Positions 15,791 to 30,345 are shown, counted from the stretch's first letter. The stretch is 64,000 bases of DNA from Chrysomallon squamiferum (GCA_012295275.1 CM022679.1:23188001-23252000), one strand, 5' to 3'. A program made the numbers and translations. Notes: generated from the sequence alone by a model not told the origin.

Positions 15791-16301
15791 TTCGAAAGCA
15801 ATTTCAAAACTTGTTACTATATAAAGATGCAAAATCTGCAGTGTCAGCAGATACCAAAAACTTCATACTGGGTCTTGTAATCACAAATTTCCAATTTTCT
15901 TTATGTCTACTTTGAACAGTTCATGGTGAAAATACTGAACAGTCACATATCATTAACAGTTACTGAGAAACATGTATACATAACCTGAATGCAAACAAAA
16001 GCTGATGTATGTAAAGTTAGGATGTAAAACAACAGTTGATGTACATAGCCAGTAATATTGGAAATTTAGGATGCATTTGTTTGTTAAGATAAAAACTATA
16101 ATCATTATTTACAAGTCTGTGAATAAGCATATAGTTAATGAAAATGCCTTTTAATGTCTTTGTAATTTTTCAATCTTTTATTCTGATATCTCAGTAGTGT
16201 TCTTGCTTTTAAGTACTGGTAAAGAGGCTTTGTAACTGCACCAGCTGTCTAAACTGTCTATTGTGAAACTAACAATGATTTTGTTTATAATATGTTTATG
16301 C

Positions 16302-16501
16302 NNNNNNNNNNNNNNNNNNNNNNNNNNNNNNNNNNNNNNNNNNNNNNNNNNNNNNNNNNNNNNNNNNNNNNNNNNNNNNNNNNNNNNNNNNNNNNNNNNN
16401 NNNNNNNNNNNNNNNNNNNNNNNNNNNNNNNNNNNNNNNNNNNNNNNNNNNNNNNNNNNNNNNNNNNNNNNNNNNNNNNNNNNNNNNNNNNNNNNNNNNN
16501 N
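16302..16501. other. Assembly gap (200 N)
   Basis: Run of N. Confidence 1.
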
Positions 16502-18783
16502 TGGATGAATATATGTGAAATATTATTGATTAATTAAGCATTTAATGCTGTCCGTTCCATTTTAGCTAAAATATTGTTGTTAAAAAATAAAGAGAAACAA
16601 ATATCATACATATAAATTTAATTTCTTTTATAATTTTATTTTTATATTTATAGAGAAGACAATAAAGATATATACACAAAAAGTGTATTATTGTTAATAT
16701 TATATAGCGAGAAACAGAGTAATTTTAAATTTAATATTTAATTTATTTTATTCTATTTTATTTTATTTATAATCTTTGAGAAAAGAAAACCATTGGGCAA
16801 AAAAAAAAGATCTGCATTGATTGCTAGTTATAAAGTGTTGGACATTTAAAAATTGTTAAATTTCATAGACTCATATCACAAAATAGATATTCTGTTTCAT
16901 AGTAATAAGAAAGAAATATACTGAGAAGGATAATTGTATTAATTATTCTACCTATAATCTATGTATTATTATGTAATAAACCAGCAGTTTCTGATATGTT
17001 TGTATTATGTTTTTGATTCCTCAGTAAGTTTTAATTGTTTGTTCGTCGTTTGGGTGGTTCCTAACAAAGGCTATGACTCATAATTTTTTTTAGATTAGAG
17101 TCATTATTTCGAGCACATTCTAAACTGAAGACGATGGGCAGCAGTCATTCAAGCATAAAGTTAAAGTCCCTGACGTTTGTTACTGCATGATCAGTGGGTA
17201 TCTATTTTTGGCTGGGTAATTTGAAGTCACGTTCTCAGATAATGTAAATTTCTTTGAACGGTTATGTTAAAAGATTTCTTTCCTCTCTCATATACAGATA
17301 ACATAATTTGAAGGCTGACTTTGCCCTGGATAGTACTAAGAGAATTAGAACGAACATCGACTGGGTTTTAAATCCAGTATTTTGTCGGCTATTTCCAAAA
17401 CTTATTTTAACTTCCTTATTCTTTAAACTCATGCTATGGATGTTATAAATTGAGCAATTTTAGTGTCAGTTATTTGATGTGTTTAATATTCCTATTTTCG
17501 GGTAGTCTGTAATCTTGAAATTATGAGATGCGCCTTCATATGAGATTACAAAGAATAATTTACTATTAAGTCAATAAGAATTTTCATCTATTTTATTTTA
17601 CTGTAGATATATATATGCATAGTGAAATATTGAAATTATTATTATTATTTTTGTTTGTTTTGCTTTTTATCTTGATTCATGGAATTGCCCAGATATGTGA
17701 AATACTTATTGATTAATTAAGCATTTAATGCTGTCCGTTCCATTTTAGCTCAAATATTGTTGTTAAATCATAAAGAGAAACAAATATCATACATATAAAT
17801 TTAATTTCTTTTATAATTTTATTTTTATATTTATAGAGAAGACAATAAAGATATATACACAAAAAGTGTATTACTGTTAATATTATATAGGGAGAAACAG
17901 AGTAATTTTAAATTTATTATTTATTTTATTTTATTTTATTTTATCTTATTTATAATCTTTGAGAAAAGAAAACCATTGGGCAAAAAAAATATCTGCATTG
18001 ATTGCTAGTTATGAAGTTTTGGACATTTAAAAATCGTTAAATTTCATAGACTCATATCACAAAATAGTTTTACTGTTTCATAGTAATAAAAAAGAAATAT
18101 ACTAAGAAGGATAATTATATGAATTATTCTACCTATGGTATATGTATTATTATATAATACACCAGCAGTTTCTGATATGATTGTATTATGTTTTTTTTAT
18201 TCCTCAGTAAGTTTTAATTGTTTGTTCGTCGTTAGGGTGTTTGATAACAAAGGCTATGACTCATAATTTTTTTTTACATTAGAGTCATTATTTTGACCAC
18301 AGCTGTTATTAAGAAATATATGTGAAACGTGCAGGTGCAGATATCGTTAATCTATTTAATCAACATAATCACGAAAATCTCAGCTTTGAGACTATGAATA
18401 TTCGTGACAGTCGGGGTAGTTCGCAGCCTGTAGGGATTAGTAAGAGATTAAGTGATACGGTTGAACGTTTCAGCCAGTCTTAACGTTTGCGGACTGTGTC
18501 ACCTCACAGTGGATTGAATCTCCCGGCAGAAACTTCTGGAAGTATTTCGAAACAAATGGTATCAGAACTTCGAATCATGTTGAGGGTTGACATTCTAAAC
18601 TGAAGACGATGGGCAGCAGTCATCCCAACAATCTTATTTTTTCAATGGCTTTCTTTATTTCTTTTTTTTTCTTTCTTTCTTTCTTTATTTTAATATTCAC
18701 TAAATTTGTTTTAATTAATAATTTGTAAGAACTAACTTGAATTCAGTATAAATTATTATAACAAAAATACTTTTCATGATATA

Positions 18784-18822
<39 letters not shown>

Positions 18823-19459
18823 TACATAATACATACATACACACAGAAACGCAGACACATAGGATTATTATAATTGTTGAAGGTGTGATTATTGTTGTTG
18901 TTCATGTCAACTCCTTCATACGTCTGTGTGTTGCGTTGTAAATTTATTTTAGAATGAAGATTCAAAGTTTTATTTTTAGCACATCATATCTCGCTGGTTA
19001 TAGGTTACAACGTTTTAGAAAAAATTGAAAGCAAACGGAACATATGAAAAATCAATAATTAAAAAAAAAAAAAAAAGGAAATAACAAAATAAAAATATAT
19101 CATTTTGTTCATCATGTTAAAACCACTGAATCCTCAGAACCGGCCCTGGGCCCCTCCTCTACGAGTATAGTGAAGCAGTCCCTTGCTCCAACCAACTTGA
19201 ACGTACACAATAAAGAAAAGAAGAAACAAGATCTCTAACACCCGGATTTAAAATAGGTCTACATTATCTCTAATCAAATTTTACTTGTTGAATGACATGA
19301 AATCTACAACGTTGAGAAAGGTATCGAATTTCACATCTACTCGTCTTTTTCAAATACCAGTTTTAATTTTTGTTCTTTGTACGTATTAATGGGAGAAGGG
19401 GTCAGAGAGCATCCTTCATATCCGTGAACAGAAAATGTTGTTCTGTGTGTAACACATTA

Positions 19460-19522
<63 letters not shown>

Positions 19523-19631
19523 AATAACAATAATAAACTTTTTGTGTACATATCTTTATTTTCTTTTACGTAAAAATAAAAAATAAAATTATAAAGAAAT
19601 TAAATTTATGTATTCTCTGTACGTATGTGCG

Positions 19632-19671
<40 letters not shown>

Positions 19672-19945
19672 TGTGTGTAACTATTGTATTCAGTATATGA
19701 TTATATATATTGTATTAGTATTTTACTCTTTGTTCGTATAAAGATTATCTTTTACTCAGAGAAAAAAATTATTTTTCTTTTTCACATTTTTTGTTGTCTT
19801 TTTTCTTTCTTTCTTTATTATTATTATTATTATGTAGCTTTTATATCTCTATTCACTGGACAATCTAATTTGAAATTTGTTCGTGTAACATTTTACATGT
19901 TTAATGAGGCGAAATATACAACGCGGAGAAAGGTGTTTTGAGTCA

Positions 19946-19976
<31 letters not shown>

Positions 19977-20457
19977 TGAAAAAATAAATTTGGCTAAAAC
20001 GTACTGATGAACTGTATGATACTGTAACTTAGAAAGACAAAAACAGGTTACAAATTAATGAATAAATAAATAAATAAATAAGAGGAAGAAAAAGAAATAC
20101 AAGCTCACCATATCAAGACCATTCGACATGTCTCCACACACTCATACACTACATGTTAAATAAACATAAAACCTTCGTTTCCAATCAGTTTTTGAAAATC
20201 AGTGTCATAATTTAACAGACGCTGACGTTCTGTTTGTTTATCAAGGCGAGACGAAGCATACTTTTCTGTTTAGTCACGCTTTGAGTGCACCCGGTCACTG
20301 TTTCATAAAATTAAGTCAGATGCAGTCCATGATTTTAGGTGTATCATATAGCAATTTGACGTCAGTAAGTCGACAAAAAGAGTAAAGAAAATAATTTCTA
20401 GACGGTTAATTGCTGGTTGGCCTAACATACATACATACATGTATAATGTATGAACAA

Positions 20458-20488
<31 letters not shown>

Positions 20489-20590
20489 CACACAAATATT
20501 AAATATTATACATACATATATACAATACTACTTTAGATTATGGCATTAATAATAAAACTTTCTGTATGAAATGTAGTAAAGTATTACAAT

Positions 20591-21121
20591 CAGTTATTTA
20601 TAATTTTAATTTAGTTTATATCTGGCGATACAGAAATCCAGATAAGAGACAGTTTACCAGATCTCAAACTGGTGAAAATGTTATAGAACAGTCAAGGAAA
20701 AATTTATGTGTAAAAGTTTTGTTTTAAGATCTAAAGCGCAGTGGAATCTAGATACGGATAGATACGTCGTTTTTCTCAGTTTAGAAAAATCAAACCGGGA
20801 ATCAAATTCTATTGAAGAACTAAAAACAGTAAATGATGGTTAACTAGAAAAACGGAAGATATGTTAGAAAAAGATTATGAATTTTATTTTAAATTATATA
20901 GACAAGAAAACGTGGACGTTATTAAACGGGAAGAAATAATAAATTCAATAATCAAATAAAATAAAGGAATCTGAAATTGAAAACTGAGAGAAAGACATTA
21001 CAACTAAAGAATTAAAGGATGTTTTAAAAGAAATGACTAGCAATAAATCACCTGGTATGGATGGTCTAGCTGCTGAATTTTATGTTAAATTCTGGGAATA
21101 TTTGAAAAAAGGGGTAATTCG
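20591..21121 (+). mobile_element. Degenerate L1/Tx1-clade LINE ORF2 fragment (endonuclease end to RT N-terminus)
   Basis: Translatable motifs IWRYRNPDKRQFTR, FFLSLEK and SNKSPGMDGLAAEFYVKFWEYLK (KSPGxDG motif of LINE ORF2), with frameshifts and deletions. Confidence 0.88.
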
Positions 21122-21122
21122 T

Positions 21123-23545
21123 CTATTTTACATGAAGTAATAAAGAATTAAATTCATTTGTTATTCTAATTCCATTCATGCTGTTTCTCTTTTTAATTAA
21201 ATTATTTAAGGGTTCAGCGACAATACCATAAAGCATCACTGATATTGGACATGCATGTCTAACACCTGTTGTATATTGAAGAAAGGTGTTAAATGTCCAT
21301 TCATTTTTACACAACTTTTTATATTATTACATAGTATTTTAATCGTCGTAATAAAACTATCACCAAAATAGAAGTTTTTCAAATCTTTTAAAATAAACCT
21401 TAGCTGACACTCCATCCAAAGCTTTCTCTTGATCAGTTTTAACTATATACACTTCAATATTGTTTAACTCGACAATATCTATAAAATCTTTTACTGACAT
21501 AATGTAGTCAGCAATATCTCTTCCTTTTTATTATTTGGACAATTATTATTAAATATATTTCCTTCCCATAAATGCTTATATCTCTCAATGAAGTCATTAT
21601 CCCAAAATGTTTCCTGTAGAAAAATAATATTTGCATGTTTACTTTTAAATGTTGCAAAAACTGAATTTAATTTCTCAATATCTCTCAGTCCGTTTACATT
21701 TATAGACAAGATCATAATTAGAATTAGAAAAATTAGAAACTATAACCCATTTTTAAAATGTTCTACATCTTGTCTATATTCCCCCCCACCATACTCGTTG
21801 ATTACCCTGTCAACACTTTCTCTCACACTTTTCATGCGCGCTGCTTGTCTCTGTTTTTGTTTTCTATTTTCTACTAAGCTCCACAGTTTTTCTTCTGACG
21901 GACGCTTGATCAATCTCGTTCGACGCGTTGTTTTACTCTGCTTACTATTTTCTGCTTCGATGGTTTCAGCTTCCTTGTTAGTATTTTTCACTGTGGTGTT
22001 TTTATCAGGGGATTTTTCTGGTTTTTCTCCATTTTCCGATTTTCGTTTTTCCTTTTTGATTTTCATTTCTGTTGTATTTATCTTCTGGATACTTTCTGCT
22101 TCAGTTTCTTTCTTCTCCTTTGATTTTACATCTGTAGTATATGCCATACCATCACTGTCACTGTCGCTGTTTTTCTCGTCATCGCTGCAGTACACTGTCC
22201 AACATTCACATTCATCTTCTTTGTTTCCACACTTTTCAGACAGAAACATTTTCGGGCAATTTCTAGGAAAATATCCTTTTTGTTTGCAATTATGACATGT
22301 TATATCTGGGCAGACCTTCAATAAATGATTGTCATCCATACATTTGTAACATTACTCTTACGAAAATATTCTATTCCTTCAAATGTCCTAAATTCATCGA
22401 ATAAGGTAAATAATTTTTTTTTAATCACTTCTGTATGCAGGCAAGTGTGAAAACGAAACAACAGTAGTTTCAAATTTAAACATTCTTGCCTTCATTTTTA
22501 GTCCTTTCAATTCTACTTCATCAATTTCTGCAATCATGGGAGCCGATGTGAAACACGTCCACACTCGACGCCACCCTAATCGTCGTCTTGAATGAAAAAG
22601 GTCCACTTTCGCACCAAGCTCTTGACAACACCAAGCTGTTGCTGCATAGTATTTTAACACGAAAAGCCATTTTCTTTAACGAAATTTCTTGATTATTTAG
22701 CCCACCAATTTTTTTATTTCCAATTATTGTTCAATATTTTATTAAAGATGTTTTAACTTCCCACATAAATTTACAAAATAACTTGTAAATTTCGTTTTCT
22801 ACCCAATTTGGTACATTTATTGCGCTAGTGGTATAACACAGTCTAGATGTTGATAAAATATTCCATACTTCTGTTTTTCATTGTAAAGTTAGTTTCCTTT
22901 GACAACATAAAATAATTAAATTACTAACAGTATCTAATTTACATTTCCAGTCGCAGACAGTTACAGTAGTATCATCTGCATGCTGAAATAATAAAGAATT
23001 AAATTCATTTGTTATTCTAATTCCATTCATGCTATGTCTTTTTTTAATTAAATTATTTAAGGGTTCAGCTACAATAACATAAAGTATCACTGATATTGAA
23101 CATCCTTGTCTAACACCTCTTGTAATACTGAAGAAAAGTATTAAATGTCCATTAATCTTGACACAATCTTTTTTTATATTGTTATAGAGTATTTTAATCC
23201 ACGATATAAATTTAACACCAAAATTGATTTTTTTCAGAACTTTTAAAATAAAACTATGTGACACTCTGTCAAAAGCTTTCTCTCGATCAATTTTAACAAT
23301 CTATATCTTCAATATTATTTAGCTCAGCAATATCTATAGCATCCCTTACTGACATAATATTATCAGCAACATCTCTTCCTTTTACACAACAGCTTTGTTC
23401 TGATGAAATAATAGTTGACATTACCTGTTTTAGACGATAAGGAAGAACTAAAGAAATAATTATATAATCTACATTCAAAAGACTGATAGGTCTGAAATTT
23501 TCAAGGTCTGCTTTTTCTCCTTTTTTTCTTGTAAAAAAGACTAAT
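21123..23545 (-). mobile_element. Scrambled L1/Tx1-clade LINE: RT fragment, ORF1 with CCHC knuckles, APE endonuclease N-terminus, second RT fragment
   Basis: RT motifs FRPISLLNVDY, KAFDRVSH, RGVRQGCSIS and FQHADDTT (22640-23545). ORF1 has C-x2-C-x4-H-x4-C and CHNCKQKGYFPRNC (21740-22350). APE start MILSINVNGLR...IIFLQETFW (21715-21530). Confidence 0.92.
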
Positions 23546-24421
23546 TACCCCTTTTATGATTTATATAAGTCGGATGGGTAATCACAAGAGAATAGTAATC
23601 AGTAGTGGACTTCAGCTGGATTATTATCAAATAATATGTGCATGTGATTTTTTACTTTTAATATATAAATGTCTTGAAACTTTGTATTGCGCTGATAGTA
23701 TTTTGGTTTCATAATTAGATTTTCAGATATTTAATTGAAACGGATAGTTAGTTTGAAACTGTGTGTTTCAGTGGGATATAACTCGAAGTTTATATGAATG
23801 GCTAGTGATAAAGTTTTATAATAAATAATAAAGATATTTACGAACACTTTACAAAATATATTTACAGTAGCAATGCTATCGCTATTTTTGTTGTTGTTTT
23901 TTAACTGTCAAAATGAAAATGTATTCTATAGCAATTAAAAGAAAACCAGTCTGAAATGGAAAAAGAAAACTTTTTAAGATATCTATAATTGCATGTAAGA
24001 GACATTGTTTTTATGAAATGAATTTTCCATGGATCTTATTTATTTTTATTTTTGTTTTTTTCTCGGGAACTGCTACGTGACTATAGCATATATTTTCTCA
24101 TGGCTTGTTTATGAAGGTTAATTGCTTTGACATTACATATACATATATAAACTTAGGCACATTGTCGATGTGGTGTACCTATCTTTGTTTTATAAATACT
24201 TTTCATTACTGTTATTGTTATCATTATTTTCAAAAATCCGTTCATGCTGTACTCTGCTGTTATGAACACAAAGCAAATAATTTAACAACATTTAATAATA
24301 GCAAGTCGACTGGTTATCTGTTGTGATTATACCTTGACTTACAGATAGCATTTAATTCACGACACCCCCACACAAATAAATACACATACATACATATTGG
24401 TAGATAGACAGACACACAGAT

Positions 24422-24426
<5 letters not shown>

Positions 24427-24516
<90 letters not shown>

Positions 24517-24664
24517 AAAACAAACATTCATGTGTACAGGCATACATATATGTGTACATACATAGATACTTACACACGTATTTCCATATCTGTATGTTTG
24601 CAGGTACCTATGTGATTACACATACACACACAGACGCAAACACATTCAGACACAGAGACAAAGA

Positions 24665-24758
<94 letters not shown>
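24427..24758. repeat. Compound (GA)n and (GT)n(GA)n microsatellites
   Basis: Long GA runs at 24427-24513 and 24685-24758. Confidence 0.95.
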
Positions 24759-24762
<4 letters not shown>

Positions 24763-25116
24763 GTCATTTCTTTAAGAGACTTTAAAAAGGCTAAGGTGAA
24801 TGTATTTTCTTTTCTCTGGCAGCTTACCAACAATTATGATCATACAAAGAATATTTTGGTTTCAGTCATTAAGCACAAATAAAGTGTTTTCCGATAACAG
24901 ACCTTGCTTTTCGCTGGTAACTTGCCAACAACCCTGTCTTCATATAAAGTCTCGTATTCATATTAAAAAGTCATCTGAATCCTCAAACACACATAAAGTG
25001 GTTTAGACAAAGACATAAATTTCTGAACTGAGATTTTCAAGGCTATTTGCCTCTGTTTAGTTAATTATATTATCTGTGGTAGAAGTTACCTATATTAAAC
25101 GTTGACAGTGTTTATT

Positions 25117-25773
25117 ATGGCCACTATGTTGGCAGCTGCGGCAAGCTTATGGTCAATCGTAAGGTTGGTTCCCTTAAAAAGTCAGTTCTGAGTCAAATAT
25201 GTCAAAATAATTACTGTAATTCCGAATCGCAATAACTTTAGTTTCATTTTGGTTGTTTGGTTTTTGTTTGCTTCCTTTTTTTTCCGAGTAGATGTATAAC
25301 TTTTTCAAACATGTTTTCCTTACAGCAATGAACAGGTTCAAAATGTTGCTAAGAAGATGGCTGCACGATCTGTGAAAATCACAATCCGTAACAAAACGAG
25401 GAAGAAAATGTCCTTCTCTTCAGAGAAATTCCTTCAAGGTTCCATACGTAAAACAAAAATGGATATTAAATCAAACAGTCATTTAAGCATCAATGCTGAA
25501 GGTTCAGCGGGTGTAGAGGGCTCTCTGGAATTTCGAGTTGGCACAAAACAGCTTTATTGTTATTTAGCTTTTAAAAATCCATTAACTGGGAATTACAGAC
25601 ATTCCATCCGTATTGGTGATCAACAGCCGCTACGAAATGCTTTGGATAGTCTCAAAGACGACTCCACGAAAAGTGAAACACATGGGCACTACAAGCTGAC
25701 CTGTTCTTCGAACGAGGATGAATTTATCTACACGTTAACAAGGGAGAGCAGATCAAAATGCGTTGTGTCTTAA
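25117..25773 (+). CDS. Aegerolysin/Cry34/actinoporin-fold-like protein with C-terminal CaaX, 164 aa, exons 25117-25163 + 25326-25773
   Basis: Exon 1 MATMLAAAASLWSIV AG|gttggt splices in phase 2 to ttacag|C, in frame with the 138-aa ORF. Pattern AARSVKITIRNKT...G...AEGSAGVEGSLEF...LAFKNPLTG resembles Cry34/aegerolysin (SAREVHIDVNNKTG...GTEGTIYY...LYFDNPFAG, recalled from memory). Ends RSKCVVS*. Splice structure is conserved in the paralog. Candidate TATA (CATATAAAG) at 24941. Confidence 0.8.
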
Positions 25774-26902
25774 AATGACATTATCTGGGATTATTATTTT
25801 CTCAGTCAAATCTGTATGCACGTCAGTCTTTGTGTGTCGAAAAAGGGTAATGTAATGTTTTCAACCATAAGATATCATTTTAAAAGTTAGATGCTAAAAG
25901 ATATTACGATGTTATGAGATCAACATTTCTTAATAATCCAATTTCCACGAAATCTTAGGATCAGTAAGCTTTTAAATTTAAATGGAGTAAAATATGGGGA
26001 AAAAAAATACTTTTTTCTGAAATTTAACATTCTTGAAAGTATGGAAGTAGATTTCAGTGTTGAACATAATATTATAAGTTTAATGGCTGAAATGTAAGAT
26101 GAAATATAGGACAACATCAGCTTTGATGATTGTGAACACTTTTGTAATCACATAATTATTATATAAACAGTGAAACGTATTAAATCAGGACTAAATCAAT
26201 GGGCAGACTTTATAAGATGAAAAAAAAGTTTGACTTTGCCCTGGATAGTACTAAGAGAATTAGAGAAAACATGTTGTATGCCTTCAGATTTTCTTCACCC
26301 ATAAACAATTTAGATTTTTTTTTTCGACTTTACACTGCCTGGGCATATTGCTTTAAATCCAATATTTTGTCGACTATTTCCAAAAATTATTATAACCTAA
26401 TCACAGAATGTTTGATACAATAAACTATAAATTTTACAAATATTTTTAAGTTGTTTCATATCATAAATTTCAGTTCATTTCATTTCGGTCCATTTTAACA
26501 AATCTTTAGTAATCGAAAAAGAAACAACATATCTTTGAACTTTTTCTAAAATGGCCTGCAACGACTACAGTCTATGTCTTAATGAGTCATTCATAATAAA
26601 TATTGTCTAAAAAGTGTATATAATGCATTGATGCCTGCTGTTAGATGATATCTCCATACCTTACTGTCTTTGTACAATCGTAGTATTTGATTAAAACAGG
26701 GGTTAGAGGAGAGATTTATTTATGAAAATCCACTTCATTTCTGCTGATTTTATGTTGTTTGTTTGTTTGTTTTTTGTTGTTTTATTTGTTTTTGTTTTGA
26801 TTTTGTGTCTGTTTTTCTTTATTTCCTGTGAAAACATCACCGTTCATGCTTTTAGCATTATATCATACGAAATATTTGATATGTGGTACAAGAAGAAGAA
26901 GA

Positions 26903-26996
<94 letters not shown>

Positions 26997-27479
26997 GAGA
27001 TTGAGATTAAAAAGTCTTAAAATAGGCATTAGCACAACTCCTATCTGCCATAGAATAAATTAAAATTAAAGAGAAATTTGATTATATATTTTATCCAGGT
27101 ACTCTTTATAGCAGTCGTTATTTTCAAAAATATTATACATGTTTTCTGTTTCCAATAAATAAATAAACCAAACTTTAAGTTGAAATTGTACTAAATTGTT
27201 TTCCAAGTACAATGATAGATTATAGAGGCATACAAGCATAAAGTTAAAGTCCTTGACATTTGTTATTGCGTGATCAGTGGGTATCTATTTTTGGCTGGGT
27301 AATTTGAAGTCACGTTCTCAGATAATGTAAATTTCTTTGAACGGTTATGTTAAAAAATTTCTTTTCTCTCTCAAATACAGATAACATAATTTGAAGACTG
27401 ACTTTGCCCTGGAAAATTCTAAGAGAATTAGAAAGAACATGACTGTATGCCTTCGGATTTTCTTCACACATACACAATT

Positions 27480-27510
<31 letters not shown>

Positions 27511-27800
27511 ACATATGTATATACATTTTTTTTTTTTCGACGTTACTCTGTCTGGGCTTTAAATCCAGTATTTTGTCGGCTATTTCCAAAATTTATTTTA
27601 AACTTCCTTATTCTTTAAACTCGTGCTATGGACATTATAAATTGAGCAATTTTAGAGTCAGTTATTTGATATGTATAATATTCTTATTTTCGGGTAGTCT
27701 GTAATCTTGAAATTATGAGATGCGCCTTCATGTGAGATTACAAGGAATAAATTACATTAAGTCAATAAGAATTTTCATTTATTTTATTTTATTTTACTTT

Positions 27801-27803
<3 letters not shown>

Positions 27804-27880
<77 letters not shown>
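27804..27880. repeat. (TA)n microsatellite
   Basis: Long TA run, much shorter in the paralog at ~17608. Confidence 0.95.
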
Positions 27881-27883
<3 letters not shown>

Positions 27884-28917
27884 TAGTGAAATACTGAAGT
27901 TATTATTATTATTTTTTGTTTGTTTTGTTTTTATCTTGATTCGTGGAATTGCCCAGATATGTGAAATACTTATTGATTAATTAACCATTTAATGTTGTCC
28001 GTCCCATTTTAGCTAAAATATTGTTGTTTCTTCGTTAAGTCATAAAGAGAAACAAATATCATACATATAAATTTAATTTCTTTTATAATTTTATTTATAT
28101 TTTTATGTAGAAGAAAATAAAGATATATACACAAAAAGTGTATTATCGTTACTATTATATAGCGAGAAACAGAGTAATTTTAAATTTATTTATTTTATTT
28201 ATTTTATTTATTTTATTTTATTTTATTTTATTTTATTTATAAACTTTGGGAAAAGAAAACCATGGGACAAAAAAAATATCTGCATTGATTGTTGGTTATG
28301 AAGTTTTGGACATTTAAAAATCGTTAAATTTCATAGACTCATATCACAAAATAGTATTACTGTTTCATAGTAATAAAAAAGAAATATACTAAGAAGGATA
28401 ATTATATGAATTATTCTACCTATGGTATATGTATTAATATATAATACACCAGCAGTTTCTGATATGATTGTATTATGTTTTTTTATTCCTCAGTAAGTTT
28501 TAATTGTTTGTTCGTCGTTAGGGTGGTTGCTACCAAAGGCTATGACTCATACATTTTTTTTAAATTACAGTCATTATTTCAAGCACAGCTAGTATTAAGA
28601 AATAAATGTGATACGTGCAGGTGCACATCCCGTTTATCTACTTAATTACCATAATCATGAAAATCTCAGCTTTGAGACTATGAATATTCCTGACAGTCGG
28701 GGTAGTTCGCAGCCTGTAGGAATTAGTAAGAGATTAAGTGATACGGTTCAACGCTTCAGTCAGTCTTAATGTTTGCGAACTGTGTCACCACACAGTGGAT
28801 TGAATCTCCCGGCAGAAACTTCTGGAAGTATTTCGAAACAAATGGTGCCAGAACTTCGAATCATGTTGAGGGTTGACATTCTAAACTGAAGACGATGGGC
28901 AGCAGTCATCCCAACAA

Positions 28918-29385
28918 TCTTATTTTTTCAATGGGTTTCTTTATTTCTTTTTCTTTCTTTCTTTCTTTATTTTAATATTCACTAATTTTTTTTAATTAAT
29001 AATTTGTAAGAACTAACTTGAATTCAGTATAAATTATTATAACAAAAATACTTTTCATGATATATAATATATATTATATATCATGAATAATTAATTTGTA
29101 AGAACTAACTTGAATTCAGTATAAATTATTATAACAAAAATACTTTTATATATCATGATAAGTATTTTTGTTATAATAATTTATACTGAATTCAAGTTAG
29201 TTCTTACAAATTATTTATTAAAAAAAAAATTAGTGAATATTAAAATTAATAGAGAAAGAAAGAAAAAGAAATAAAGAAACCCATTGAAAAACATAAGAAT
29301 ATATATTATATATCATGAAAAGTATTTTTGTTATAATAATTTATACTGAATTCAAGTTAATTCTTACAAATTATTAATTAAAAAA
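28918..29385. repeat. Local fold-back rearrangement: direct and inverted copies of a ~140-bp segment
   Basis: 28918-29060 forward, ~29087-29147 repeated forward, ~29152-29298 reverse complement, ~29310-29385 reverse complement again. Single copy in the paralogs at ~18630 and ~39850. Confidence 0.85.
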
Positions 29386-30212
29386 GATACACACACATAC
29401 ATACATACATACACACAGAAACGCAGACATATAGGATTATTATAATTGTTGAAGGTGTTATTATTGTTGTTGTTCATGTAACCTCCTTTATACGTCTGTG
29501 TGTGTGTGCATTGTAAATTTATTTTAGAGTGATGATTCAAAGTTTTATTTTTATCACGCTGGTTATAGATTACAAAGTTTTAGAATGTTGAAAGCAAACG
29601 GAACAAATGAAAAATAAATAATTTAAAAAAAAAGAAGAAAGAAATAACAAAACAAAAATATAGCATTTTTTCATCATCTTAAAACCACTGAATCCCAGGA
29701 ACCGGCCCTGTGCCCCTCCTCTACGAGTATAGTGAAGCAGTCCCTTGCTCCAACCAACTTGAACGTGCACAATAAAGAAAAGAAGAAACAAGATCTGTAA
29801 CACCCGGATTTAAAACAGGTCTCCATGACGCAAAATATACAACGTTGAGAAAGGTATCGAATTTCACATCTACTCGTCTTTTTGAAATACCAGTTTTTAT
29901 ATTTTGTTGTTTCTACGTATTAACGCGAGAAGGGGTCAGAGAGCATCCTACATATCTGTGAACAGAACATTTTGACGCTTACATTCTGTTTGCTTACCAA
30001 GGCGAGGCGAAACATACCTTTCTGTTTAGTCACGCTTTGAGTGCACCCGGTCACTGTTTTATAAAATTAAGTCAGGTGCAGTACATTATTTTAGGTGTAT
30101 CATGTAGCAATTTGACGTCAGTAAGTGGACAAAAAAAAGTAAAGAAAATAACTACTAAACGGTTAATTGTTGGTTGGCCTAACATACATACATACATGTA
30201 TATGTACGCGCG

Positions 30213-30260
<48 letters not shown>

Positions 30261-30345
30261 AATATTATACATATGTACAATACTGCTTTAGATTAAAGTA
30301 TTAAAAATAAAACTTTCTGTATGAAATGTAGTAAAGTATTACAAT

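Noticed and set aside
16263-16537. ORFs spanning X residues
   Set aside because: Artefact of the 200-N gap.
21588-22295. 235-aa plus-strand ORF, the longest in the window
   Set aside because: Antisense of the K/E-rich LINE ORF1.
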